Shown here: piece by piece, positions 9,531-16,069 of the stretch | How the letters are laid out: the number at the start of each line of letters is the position of its first letter | Position numbering within the stretch: the first letter of the stretch is position 1 | Virus record (IMG/VR): IMGVR_UViG_3300045155_000039 | Direction: 5' to 3' (one strand) | Source: a virus | Length of the DNA stretch: 40,850 nucleotides | Position numbers and translations under genes: made by a program | The notes under the pieces: model-generated | Seen by the model: only the letters and a program-made list of their open reading frames with translations | Told to the model about the DNA's origin: nothing | Database searches by the model: none

Positions 9531-9717
9531 AACAATCGCCTCCGTAAGCTTGTACATAATAGCGACAATCCGTTTTACATAAAGTGACAGCAACATAAAA
9601 CTCGACACATTTTTCGCCGTATAAAGCTTCCTGTGACTCTGAAATACTGTCCGGGAATTCATATACGAAATCAGAAAGGGATAAGTAGCCTTGTTCATAT
9701 TGAGCAATAAGATTCAT
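9448..9717 (-). CDS. Hypothetical acidic Cys-containing protein B of the LexA-box cassette
   Basis: The ATG at 9717 is coupled to the upstream stop (TGAAATG), with SD GGTGG 8 nt upstream. 89 aa. Confidence 0.55.
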   Translation of the reverse strand: MNLIAQYEQGYLSLSDFVYEFPDSISESQEALYGEKCVEFYVAVTLCKTDCRYYVQAYGGDCYENDERLCIEDTRVEDEQDPFGSFLAK

Positions 9718-9718
9718 T

Positions 9719-10009
9719 TCAATTGCCACCGGGTTTATACTTTGTGTTAGGGTCGTATTTTCGAAGAATCTTATCTTGAGTCCTAACGTGATCAAATAGA
9801 TAGTTTTCTCCATCTTTCTTAAATACATAGGCTAATTCTTCTGGGTAACCACTATAGCTTGATGGCACGGTAAAATAGGGTTTTCCAAAGTTCTCCATCG
9901 TCCGAACAAACTGATCGTAAAGTAAGTGCGCTGGGCCCATTCGTTCGATGAATTCATAATAGTAGCGTTCAAAAGCATATGTCCGTTGGTGCGCATGTGG
10001 TATTTGCAT
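9719..10009 (-). CDS. Hypothetical protein A, first gene of the LexA-box cassette
   Basis: ATG at 10009 with GGAG 8 nt upstream, about 13 nt downstream of the predicted transcription start. 96 aa, no motif recognised. Confidence 0.65.
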   Translation of the reverse strand: MQIPHAHQRTYAFERYYYEFIERMGPAHLLYDQFVRTMENFGKPYFTVPSSYSGYPEELAYVFKKDGENYLFDHVRTQDKILRKYDPNTKYKPGGN

Positions 10010-10029
10010 ATCAATCACTCCTTGCAAGA

Positions 10030-10058
10030 ATTATACGAACGTTTGTTCTTGTTGTAAA
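10030..10058 (-). promoter_or_regulatory. Sigma-A type promoter TTTACA-N17-TATAAT (minus strand)
   Basis: The reverse complement of 10053-10058 is TTTACA and of 10030-10035 is TATAAT. The spacer is 17 nt. Confidence 0.7.
10036..10049 (-). promoter_or_regulatory. Candidate LexA operator (Cheo box) inside the promoter spacer
   Basis: The plus strand reads CGAACGTTTGTTCT (minus AGAACAAACGTTCG). It fits GAAC-N4-GTTC and matches 9 of the 10 specified positions of CGAAC-N4-GTTCG. Confidence 0.6.
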
Positions 10059-10074
10059 GCGAACAAAAGGTAAA

Positions 10075-10097
10075 GAAAAAAGCCTGCTATGCAGACT
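10075..10097 (-). terminator. Rho-independent terminator after the LysM lipoprotein gene
   Basis: Minus strand reads agtctgc-ata-gcaggct followed by tttttt. Confidence 0.7.
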
Positions 10098-10101
10098 TAG
10101 T

Positions 10102-10587
10102 TTATTTAACCCTGACTTGATCTCCGGGATAAAGCATATAGTAATCAGGCGTGAATCCATTTAACTCAAAGAATTGATCTACTGAAATACCACTTCTTTG
10201 AGCAATCATTTCTGGAGTTTCGCCTTTTTGAACGATTGTATATTCGGCAACACCTGCTTGAGGATCAACTACAGCAACGCTATTCTGTGGTTGTTCTTCA
10301 GCTTCTGAGCTTGGTTCACTGTAAGCAGGGGCAGCATTTTGCTGAGTAGCACTTGATTCTTCGTAAACGATTTCCGACGAACTAGCTTGAGTAGATGAAA
10401 TCGATTCTATAGTGCTAGATTCTTCTTGCGAAGTTTCCTCTTTAGTTGTCTGCGTCGTTGATTCAACAGTTGAAGATGATTCAACAGTACTTGAACTAGA
10501 TGAGGAGCTATTCGTAACAGTTTTTTCATTAGAACAACCAACCAATAGGAACATACCAACAAAAAGTAACCAACTGATTTTTTTCAT
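10102..10587 (-). CDS. Secreted lipoprotein with Ser/Thr-rich linker and C-terminal LysM domain
   Basis: Signal peptide and lipobox MKKISWLLFVGMFLLVGC. SSTVES repeats form the linker. The C-terminus YTIVQKGETPEMIAQRSGISVDQFFELNG...PGDQVRV is LysM. Confidence 0.85.
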   Translation of the reverse strand: MKKISWLLFVGMFLLVGCSNEKTVTNSSSSSSSTVESSSTVESTTQTTKEETSQEESSTIESISSTQASSSEIVYEESSATQQNAAPAYSEPSSEAEEQPQNSVAVVDPQAGVAEYTIVQKGETPEMIAQRSGISVDQFFELNGFTPDYYMLYPGDQVRVK

Positions 10588-10599
10588 AATGTTCTCCTT

Positions 10600-11235
10600 T
10601 TATAATCCCAATAATTCTTTTTTCTTTTCATCAAATTCTGCTTGAGAAATAATTCCATCATCAAGAAGGCCTTTGAATTTTCTCAACTCATCTGCATTGC
10701 TGTCGGCAGATGCAGACCCTTGAGTATTTGAATAAATTATTTGATCCAGTTTAGCAGCTATGTTGTTGTAATCTTCCATCGCCGACTTCGTAAGGAAACT
10801 ATCTGATTTTGATTCTGAAATCATAAGCATATAGTTTTGAGAGCGATTGTCAGTAAGGTGAAGGATGAAGCCTAATCGCTTAATGGTATCAAATTCTTTC
10901 CCGCCAGTTCCAGCTCCTACAACAGCACCAACAGGACCAGCTAAAACGCCGCCAACAATTGCACGTGTAATACCATGATGTTTTTTGATTTTACCACCTT
11001 CAAAAATAGGCGTGTAGCTAATTAACTCATCGTAATTGTATACAGCTTGTGATCTGTTCATGGTAAAAGATTTCTTTATAAATAATTTTCCATGTTTATC
11101 ATCAAAAAACATATCGCCAACTTTGTAGTCACTATGGTTCTTAAAGTATTCTAGTATTTTTTCGTTTTCAGCTTTACGATTCGCTTTTTCAATCTTTGCC
11201 TTTTCTTTATCCGCTTTGCTGCTAAACAAACCCAT
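10600..11235 (-). CDS. SHOCT-domain protein with central glycine-zipper hydrophobic segment
   Basis: The C-terminus LRKFKGLLDDGIISQAEFDEKKKELLGL is the SHOCT motif. AIVGGVLAGPVGAVVGAGTGG is a Gly zipper. SD GAGG lies 7 nt upstream of the ATG. Confidence 0.75.
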   Translation of the reverse strand: MGLFSSKADKEKAKIEKANRKAENEKILEYFKNHSDYKVGDMFFDDKHGKLFIKKSFTMNRSQAVYNYDELISYTPIFEGGKIKKHHGITRAIVGGVLAGPVGAVVGAGTGGKEFDTIKRLGFILHLTDNRSQNYMLMISESKSDSFLTKSAMEDYNNIAAKLDQIIYSNTQGSASADSNADELRKFKGLLDDGIISQAEFDEKKKELLGL

Positions 11236-11268
11236 ACACGTTCCTCTTTTCGTTAATTTTATAGCTTC

Positions 11269-11299
11269 ATTGTATCAGAAAAGAGTCATACTTTGTAAA
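11269..11299 (-). promoter_or_regulatory. Extended -10 promoter for the SHOCT/LysM unit
   Basis: The minus strand reads TGaTACAAT (the -10 is the reverse complement of 11269-11274). TTTACA or TACAAA lies 19 or 17 nt upstream. Confidence 0.55.
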
Positions 11300-11363
11300 C
11301 AAAAACGATAGTGTTTCACTAAGCAAAACCATTAAAGAAATTAAATAACACCATTTTTAATAG

Positions 11364-11385
11364 TTTCATCCACAAAACATCCACA
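11364..11385 (+). repeat. Direct repeat TTTCATCCACAAAACATCCACA, copy 1 (candidate Int arm sites)
   Basis: The 22-nt string is identical to 11570-11591. Each copy holds two CATCCACA units. Confidence 0.8.
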
Positions 11386-11446
11386 CAGTTTCTCCAAATT
11401 AATACAAAAAACGGAAAACAAAAAGATGGCAATATATATGGAAAGG

Positions 11447-11474
11447 TTGATAAAACAATATTCTTGTGTATAAT
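11447..11474 (+). promoter_or_regulatory. Orphan plus-strand promoter TTGATA-N16-TATAAT inside the attP region
   Basis: TTGATA at 11447-11452 and TATAAT at 11469-11474. No plus-strand ORF follows. Confidence 0.45.
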
Positions 11475-11549
11475 AAGTACTTGTGCGAAGCGCACCGCGG
11501 TTCATCAACCAAAACGTTTATATTCCATTAAAACCCTTCAAACCAACAT

Positions 11550-11572
11550 AAAAAGCTCCTTTTTAGCTTTTT
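11550..11572. terminator. A/T-flanked hairpin (bidirectional terminator candidate, downstream of int)
   Basis: aaaaagct-ccttttt-agcttttt, an 8-bp stem with an A-run on one side and a T-run on the other. Confidence 0.5.
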
Positions 11573-11591
11573 CATCCACAAAACATCCACA
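11570..11591 (+). repeat. Direct repeat TTTCATCCACAAAACATCCACA, copy 2
   Basis: Identical to 11364-11385. It ends 18 nt from the int stop codon. Confidence 0.8.
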
Positions 11592-11608
11592 TGAAAATAG
11601 AATTTATT

Positions 11609-12736
11609 TTAGAAATAACGTTCATACATAGATATAGCTTCAGTTTCCATTTTCTTAGAAACATGAAGATACACGTTTGCGGTCATATTTATCGAAGAGT
11701 GTCCTAATCGTTCCGATACATATTTGATGTTAGATCCACTTTCAAGCAAGTGTACTGCATGAGAATGTCTTAATGCATGAGGTGAGAGACGAGGTAACTC
11801 GGCTAAATCGCACATTTTATAAAAGTAGGTTCTATAATTCGACTGCTTGATAAAGTCTCCGCGTTCATCTGTAAATACATACTCTTGATTAGGTATGTTT
11901 TTGGATGAAGCAAGGGCTAGCTCATTTTTTTTAATTTTGAAATTCTTTAATAATTCGATCAGATATCTGTCAATTACAATTTTTCTATAGCTTGATTGTG
12001 TTTTTGGAGGGTTTATATAGTCGGTTTTTCCCTCACGATACAAAGTTTTGTTTATTTCTATTTTATTTCTGTTCCAATCATCCCATTTCAACGCAGAAGC
12101 TTCTCCTAGTCTCAAACCAGTTCGTGATAAGAGTGTAGATAGCACAAAATAAAGGTAGTCCATAAAATCATTTTCTTCCGCATGACTTTTGCTGATGTCT
12201 AAAAAATAAACCAAATCATCTTTTTCAAAGAATTTTATTTCTTTTTTGTTTTTGTGTGATTTAGGATACTTTATATTTTTCATCGGATTGGATTCTAGTA
12301 ACTGGTATTCTACAACCGCATCCTCGAGCGCGCTATTGAAAGGGGCAACATAGGATTTGACAGAGTCTACATTTAAGTGATCGCAAAGTTCGTTGATCCA
12401 TGTTATACATTCAAGTCTTGTGATTTCGGTAAGTTTGTAAAACTCGAATCGTGGAAGGATGTACAAACGAATAGATTTTTTTATTCTATATAAAGTTGAC
12501 TGTTTGACAGTCCGTGCTTTCAGATCAATCCACATCTTTAAATAGTCCCCCACGAGCATGGATTCGTTGTATAAGGCCTTCCCCTTTTTTATCCTATTTT
12601 CAACCTCGATAGATGCTGCCAATGCTTCTTTTTCTGTTTTAAAACCTTGTTTGGCAACTTCCCTGTATACTCCGTTTTTCTTATAGCGAACTCGGTAACG
12701 CCAATTATCTTTAGCTACTTCTTTAATGTTTGCCAT
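11609..12736 (-). CDS. int: Tyrosine integrase
   Basis: Start MANIKEV at 12736, with AGGAG 9 nt upstream. Catalytic motifs are RTGLRLGE, HALRHSHAVHLL and LGHSSINMTANVYLHV. Confidence 0.95.
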   Translation of the reverse strand: MANIKEVAKDNWRYRVRYKKNGVYREVAKQGFKTEKEALAASIEVENRIKKGKALYNESMLVGDYLKMWIDLKARTVKQSTLYRIKKSIRLYILPRFEFYKLTEITRLECITWINELCDHLNVDSVKSYVAPFNSALEDAVVEYQLLESNPMKNIKYPKSHKNKKEIKFFEKDDLVYFLDISKSHAEENDFMDYLYFVLSTLLSRTGLRLGEASALKWDDWNRNKIEINKTLYREGKTDYINPPKTQSSYRKIVIDRYLIELLKNFKIKKNELALASSKNIPNQEYVFTDERGDFIKQSNYRTYFYKMCDLAELPRLSPHALRHSHAVHLLESGSNIKYVSERLGHSSINMTANVYLHVSKKMETEAISMYERYF

Positions 12737-12801
12737 ATTGTACCAACTCCTAATATTTGATAAAATAGGCATAGCAAATAAGCCTATATGTTTATTGCTC
12801 T

Positions 12802-12844
12802 GCACGCCTTCTGACCGCCAAGAAAGAGGGGCGTGCTTTTATTT
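12802..12844 (+). terminator. Bulged hairpin with a T-tract oriented for plus-strand termination, between immA and int
   Basis: gcacgcc...ggcgtgc with inner ttct/agaa pairs, followed by ttttattt on the plus strand. No U-run follows it on the minus strand. Confidence 0.4.
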
Positions 12845-13186
12845 GAAATAATTAATGTCGTATCCCATACCAATGTCGAAAGTTTCTATAACCTGACTAT
12901 AATTATAAAAACCATCATTCTCATTAATTATATAGTTGACCATAAAATTGTTTGCTTCGTTTTCCATCTTAGAATGAGCAACAAAATTCTTATAGAGAGC
13001 GACGTAGTCTTCGTGGTCAATTACATGTTTCATCTCGTGAACTATCACTCTTTTCATCTCGTCGTCAGATAATTTCTGATTTACAAAAATGATTTTCCAC
13101 GCAGGAACATAATATCCGTTTTTTTCCATTTCTTTAACTACTATTTTGACTCCGAGTTCATCCAATTGGCTTCGCAGCTCGTTCAC
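12839..13186 (-). CDS. immA: ImmA/IrrE-family zinc metallopeptidase (anti-repressor protease)
   Basis: 115 aa with HEXXH motif VHEMKHVIDHED. GTG start with SD GAGGTGA. It lies directly downstream of the repressor gene. Confidence 0.8.
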   Translation of the reverse strand: MNELRSQLDELGVKIVVKEMEKNGYYVPAWKIIFVNQKLSDDEMKRVIVHEMKHVIDHEDYVALYKNFVAHSKMENEANNFMVNYIINENDGFYNYSQVIETFDIGMGYDINYFK

Positions 13187-13198
13187 AAAATCACCTCA

Positions 13199-13516
13199 TT
13201 ATTTACCTTTACGGCCCATCATATAAGCAATTATTGCTTCTTTATCGCTTTCAGTCATTTCTTCGCCGTCAAACGAAAGCACATTTTTTAAAGCGGCTCT
13301 TAATTCAGTCTCTTCTTTTGAAATATCCTTCCTTTCTAATAAATCATCAATAGATGCTCCAAAAAAATCAGCAACTTTTTGTACGTTTTCAACTTTAGGA
13401 GATGCTTTATCCCACCTTCTGATTTGTCCATTAGAGAGACCAACTTTTCTTTCGATTTCAGCAAAAGTAACATTTTTCTCGTCCGCAAGTCGTTTGATAT
13501 TTTGTACTAAACTCAC
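13199..13516 (-). CDS. XRE-family HTH repressor (CI/ImmR-like), no peptidase domain
   Basis: The HTH is VTFAEIERKVGLSNGQIRRWDKA. It is only 105 aa and is divergent from the cro-like gene. Confidence 0.9.
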   Translation of the reverse strand: MSLVQNIKRLADEKNVTFAEIERKVGLSNGQIRRWDKASPKVENVQKVADFFGASIDDLLERKDISKEETELRAALKNVLSFDGEEMTESDKEAIIAYMMGRKGK

Positions 13517-13552
13517 TTATATCAACCTTTCTAGTGCTTACGAAAAAATATA

Positions 13553-13568
13553 TTAACTTTTAAGCTAT
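13553..13568 (+). promoter_or_regulatory. Operator-like site TTAACTTTTAAGCTAT (O1)
   Basis: A perfect inverted copy lies at 13734-13749. The site sits just upstream of the -35 of the rightward promoter. Confidence 0.6.
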
Positions 13569-13574
13569 TTTAGT

Positions 13575-13603
13575 TTGACAAATGACTTAAAAGCTATTAT
13601 ACT
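13575..13603 (+). promoter_or_regulatory. Rightward early promoter TTGACA-N17-TATACT
   Basis: TTGACA at 13575-13580 and TATACT at 13598-13603. The AAGCTA-type site at 13585-13597 lies in the spacer. Confidence 0.65.
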
Positions 13604-13624
13604 GTGTTCATAAGCTAATATTAA
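13596..13624 (-). promoter_or_regulatory. Leftward promoter candidate TTAATA-N17-TATAAT overlapping the rightward -10
   Basis: The reverse complement of 13596-13601 is TATAAT and of 13619-13624 is TTAATA. Confidence 0.45.
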
Positions 13625-13733
13625 AGCTAACAAGTACAACGAAAAAACTCATGTTAATTAATTATTCGTGGTCGCCAAACTTTGAATCATTAATATAGAG
13701 CTATTTGTGCGCTTATTTAACTATGTACTTATG

Positions 13734-13749
13734 ATAGCTTAAAAGTTAA
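13734..13749 (-). promoter_or_regulatory. Operator-like site, inverted perfect copy of O1
   Basis: ATAGCTTAAAAGTTAA is the reverse complement of TTAACTTTTAAGCTAT. Confidence 0.6.
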
Positions 13750-13773
13750 CTAGCGTCAACTACTTTCTTTGGT

Positions 13774-13789
13774 ATTAGCTTAAAAATTA
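13774..13789 (-). promoter_or_regulatory. Operator-like site (TAGCTTAAAAA core) next to the cro SD
   Basis: ATTAGCTTAAAAATTA shares the TTTTTAAGCTA core when read in reverse complement. Confidence 0.45.
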
Positions 13790-13807
13790 TTTAGGAAGGA
13801 GAATATT

Positions 13808-14044
13808 ATGATTATCACTGATTTTGCTGAAATTGTAGAAATCAAACGAAACCGCGAAGGCAAGACTTTAAAGTACTTGGCGGATCTGATCGGCGGTAAA
13901 TCAATTGTCTACACAAAGCAAGTAATCGCAGGAATTCAAAACGGTGAAAATGCTAGAAAGTATCGCCAAATTATCGCTGACGATCTAGGGATATCACTCG
14001 CTGAATTAGAAAAAATGAAGAATTCGAACGGGGAGGGCAAGTAA
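13808..14044 (+). CDS. Cro-like HTH protein
   Basis: 78 aa, SD GGAAGGAG upstream. It is the first rightward gene, opposite the repressor. Confidence 0.75.
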   Translation: MIITDFAEIVEIKRNREGKTLKYLADLIGGKSIVYTKQVIAGIQNGENARKYRQIIADDLGISLAELEKMKNSNGEGK

Positions 14045-14349
14045 TGATTGAACAACCTCGAATTGAAATCGTTGCGGATAATGATTGGCTTGAGAAGTTT
14101 GCCAAAGAATATTTGCAGCAATTGTATGATGAACGTTTGAAACCAGAATGGCTTACAATTCCAGATTTGGAAGAAATTACGAGACACGAAAGAAAATGGA
14201 TCATGGAACATATCATTAATGATCCATACGTTCAGAAAAATGGAATCGCAAAGAAGGCTGGGGGGAACACTAAGTCAAAATGGATTGTTGATGCTGAAAA
14301 AATAAGACCTTTTTTGAAAAGACTATTTGCTAGTTTCCCGAATGAATAG
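14044..14349 (+). CDS. Hypothetical early protein (possibly DUF771-like; excisionase or regulator candidate)
   Basis: 101 aa, ATGA-coupled to cro. The similarity is from memory only. Confidence 0.55.
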   Translation: MIEQPRIEIVADNDWLEKFAKEYLQQLYDERLKPEWLTIPDLEEITRHERKWIMEHIINDPYVQKNGIAKKAGGNTKSKWIVDAEKIRPFLKRLFASFPNE

Positions 14350-14363
14350 GAGGAGGAACCAAA

Positions 14364-14573
14364 ATGGAAATCACAATCAAAGCAACTCCAGAAGAAATAG
14401 GAAAAATGCTCCAAACTATTGTGAGTAGCAAGGAGCAGACTAAACGCAAACATCCAGAATCGAAAATAGAATATGATCCGCAGACGGGTGAAGGAATACT
14501 TAGCTATGGTTCATCTATGGATGAAATTAACTTAAGTTTAGGATCCAAAATAAATGTAGCAACAGAGTTTTGA
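14364..14573 (+). CDS. Hypothetical protein
   Basis: 69 aa, SD AGGAGGAGG upstream. Confidence 0.55.
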   Translation: MEITIKATPEEIGKMLQTIVSSKEQTKRKHPESKIEYDPQTGEGILSYGSSMDEINLSLGSKINVATEF

Positions 14574-14605
14574 TCAAAGTAAATTATACCAAAGGAGCAA
14601 ACACA

Positions 14606-15037
14606 TTGAAAAACAAATTAGCAAAAACAACAGCAATCATCGGACTAGCACTAGGTAGCGGAGTTATCGGCTACGCGGCAAGCAACGCATTTCAGGATTT
14701 GGACACGATCAAGGCAAACTTCAACACAGTCCTACAATACGGACAAACCAAATCGCAACGTGTGTCAGAACTCGAATCACAGCTATCCAACAACACTCGC
14801 ACACAGGAGCAGCTGAAAGCCGAAATTGAGCAAATCAAATCGGATAAGCAGAAGGAAATTGAAGCCAAGCAACGAGAAATCGAGCAAAAGCAACAGGAGA
14901 TCGCTACAAAGCAACAGGAAGCCGATAGCTTGCGCCAACAGTTGAACACGGTGCAAAACGACAAGGAGCAGCTAGAACAGCGTGTGAGCGAGTTACGGCA
15001 GTATACGGATCAAAAAGTAGGGGAGTTGGGGAAATGA
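14606..15037 (+). CDS. Membrane-anchored Gln-rich coiled-coil protein
   Basis: TTG at 14606 with AAAGGAG 8 nt upstream. A TM (TTAIIGLALGSGVIGYAAS) is followed by EQ-rich heptads. Confidence 0.6.
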   Translation: MKNKLAKTTAIIGLALGSGVIGYAASNAFQDLDTIKANFNTVLQYGQTKSQRVSELESQLSNNTRTQEQLKAEIEQIKSDKQKEIEAKQREIEQKQQEIATKQQEADSLRQQLNTVQNDKEQLEQRVSELRQYTDQKVGELGK

Positions 15038-15315
15038 TAACAGTAACATTCACAGACGGCACCACAACACACACAGTCCACACGGAAGGCGAAGTATTGG
15101 ATTTGGTTAAAAGGTATTTTTCAAAAGTCAAAGTCGGTGATTGCATTCGGATAATAACGGACGGTGGATATATAGGTGGAGAAGAACATATAGGGAAAAT
15201 TTATGATGTAAAAGAAGTATATGTAGGCGAGGCCGTCGGAGTACATTGCAGCATGAACGGTGAGTGGAGGTATTGGGCTTACAAACCTGACGATTACGAG
15301 CTAGTAAAGGAGTGA
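15034..15315 (+). CDS. Hypothetical protein
   Basis: 93 aa, ATGA overlap with the upstream gene. Confidence 0.6.
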   Translation: MITVTFTDGTTTHTVHTEGEVLDLVKRYFSKVKVGDCIRIITDGGYIGGEEHIGKIYDVKEVYVGEAVGVHCSMNGEWRYWAYKPDDYELVKE

Positions 15316-15319
15316 AGGA

Positions 15320-15457
15320 ATGAATAAAAAATGGTTAGCCAGTCTAAATAGAAATCACTTTTACAAAGCACGACAACTTCAAGCGATTTCATATTTGAGT
15401 ATTGGTTTAAACATTGTACTTTTGTTAACACTGATTTGGATTATGGGGGTTAAGTAG
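15320..15457 (+). CDS. Small membrane protein (45 aa, below the ORF-track cutoff)
   Basis: ATG after GGAGTGAAGGA. Contains TM LSIGLNIVLLLTLIWIMG. It fills the gap exactly. Confidence 0.4.
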   Translation: MNKKWLASLNRNHFYKARQLQAISYLSIGLNIVLLLTLIWIMGVK

Positions 15458-15458
15458 C

Positions 15459-15581
15459 ATGACTAGAGCTGAAGCGCTACGTATCGGAAAAATCATTGCT
15501 GATCGTGGTTATAAATATGAGAAACCATTTATTTTAGCAAAGCAGAATATTGAGCGAATGAAGAAATGGAGAGGGTTATAA
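15459..15581 (+). CDS. Small basic protein (40 aa)
   Basis: The ATG lies 1 nt after the upstream stop, and the stop abuts the next ATG (TAAATG). Confidence 0.4.
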   Translation: MTRAEALRIGKIIADRGYKYEKPFILAKQNIERMKKWRGL

Positions 15582-15779
15582 ATGGAAGTACTAGAAACTG
15601 TCTTGTACCTCTTGCTAGGATATGTGCCACCACAATTATGTATCTCTCTGGCAATAGCAAAACTAACAAACAGTGACTTGCATTTGGGAATTCAGATTCT
15701 TCTAATCTTTTTAGCGGGGCTTGTCGGAGTAGCAATTTCTTTTGCATTACTTTACTTATCTTACTTATTAGGATTTTGA
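15582..15779 (+). CDS. Small membrane protein
   Basis: 65 aa, two hydrophobic segments. Confidence 0.55.
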   Translation: MEVLETVLYLLLGYVPPQLCISLAIAKLTNSDLHLGIQILLIFLAGLVGVAISFALLYLSYLLGF

Positions 15780-15791
15780 GGTGAATTCAAA

Positions 15792-16010
15792 TTGACTGAA
15801 ATTATAAGAATCAAAGACAGCATTCAGAGAAACCATTCTGAATTATCATTACACAAATTGGATGCTGATTTAATGCTGATTGTTCAAAACGAGCAAGACA
15901 AAGAAACAGTGGCCATCTATTTAAATGATTTTCAAATTTTTACACTTCTACAGCATTTAACTAAATTTCTTGTGAAAGACAAAAAAGACCGACTAGCCGG
16001 CAAGCTATAG
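15792..16010 (+). CDS. Hypothetical protein
   Basis: 72 aa, TTG start after GAGGTGA. Confidence 0.5.
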   Translation: MTEIIRIKDSIQRNHSELSLHKLDADLMLIVQNEQDKETVAIYLNDFQIFTLLQHLTKFLVKDKKDRLAGKL

Positions 16011-16069
16011 TCAGTCAGAAAACAAAAAATATTTACCTAAGTTTACCACAAATAAAGAGGAGTGGGAAG

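Larger units (their letters stand above)
11236..11608. other. attP-containing non-coding region (core not identifiable without host sequence)
   Basis: A 373-nt gene-free stretch lies directly downstream of int. It contains direct repeats and hairpins. Confidence 0.6.

Noticed and set aside
9304-9582. 92-aa plus-strand ORF opposite the LexA-box cassette
   Set aside because: It has no SD and a hydrophobic low-complexity translation. It lies downstream of the endolysin terminator, and the minus-strand reading has a promoter, SDs and coupled starts.
11236-11608. tRNA or tmRNA fragment at the attachment region, and tRNA genes elsewhere
   Set aside because: I could not fold any cloverleaf or find a T-loop GTTCGAATC-type motif in this or any other intergenic stretch longer than 100 nt. 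The attB identity cannot be inferred without host sequence.
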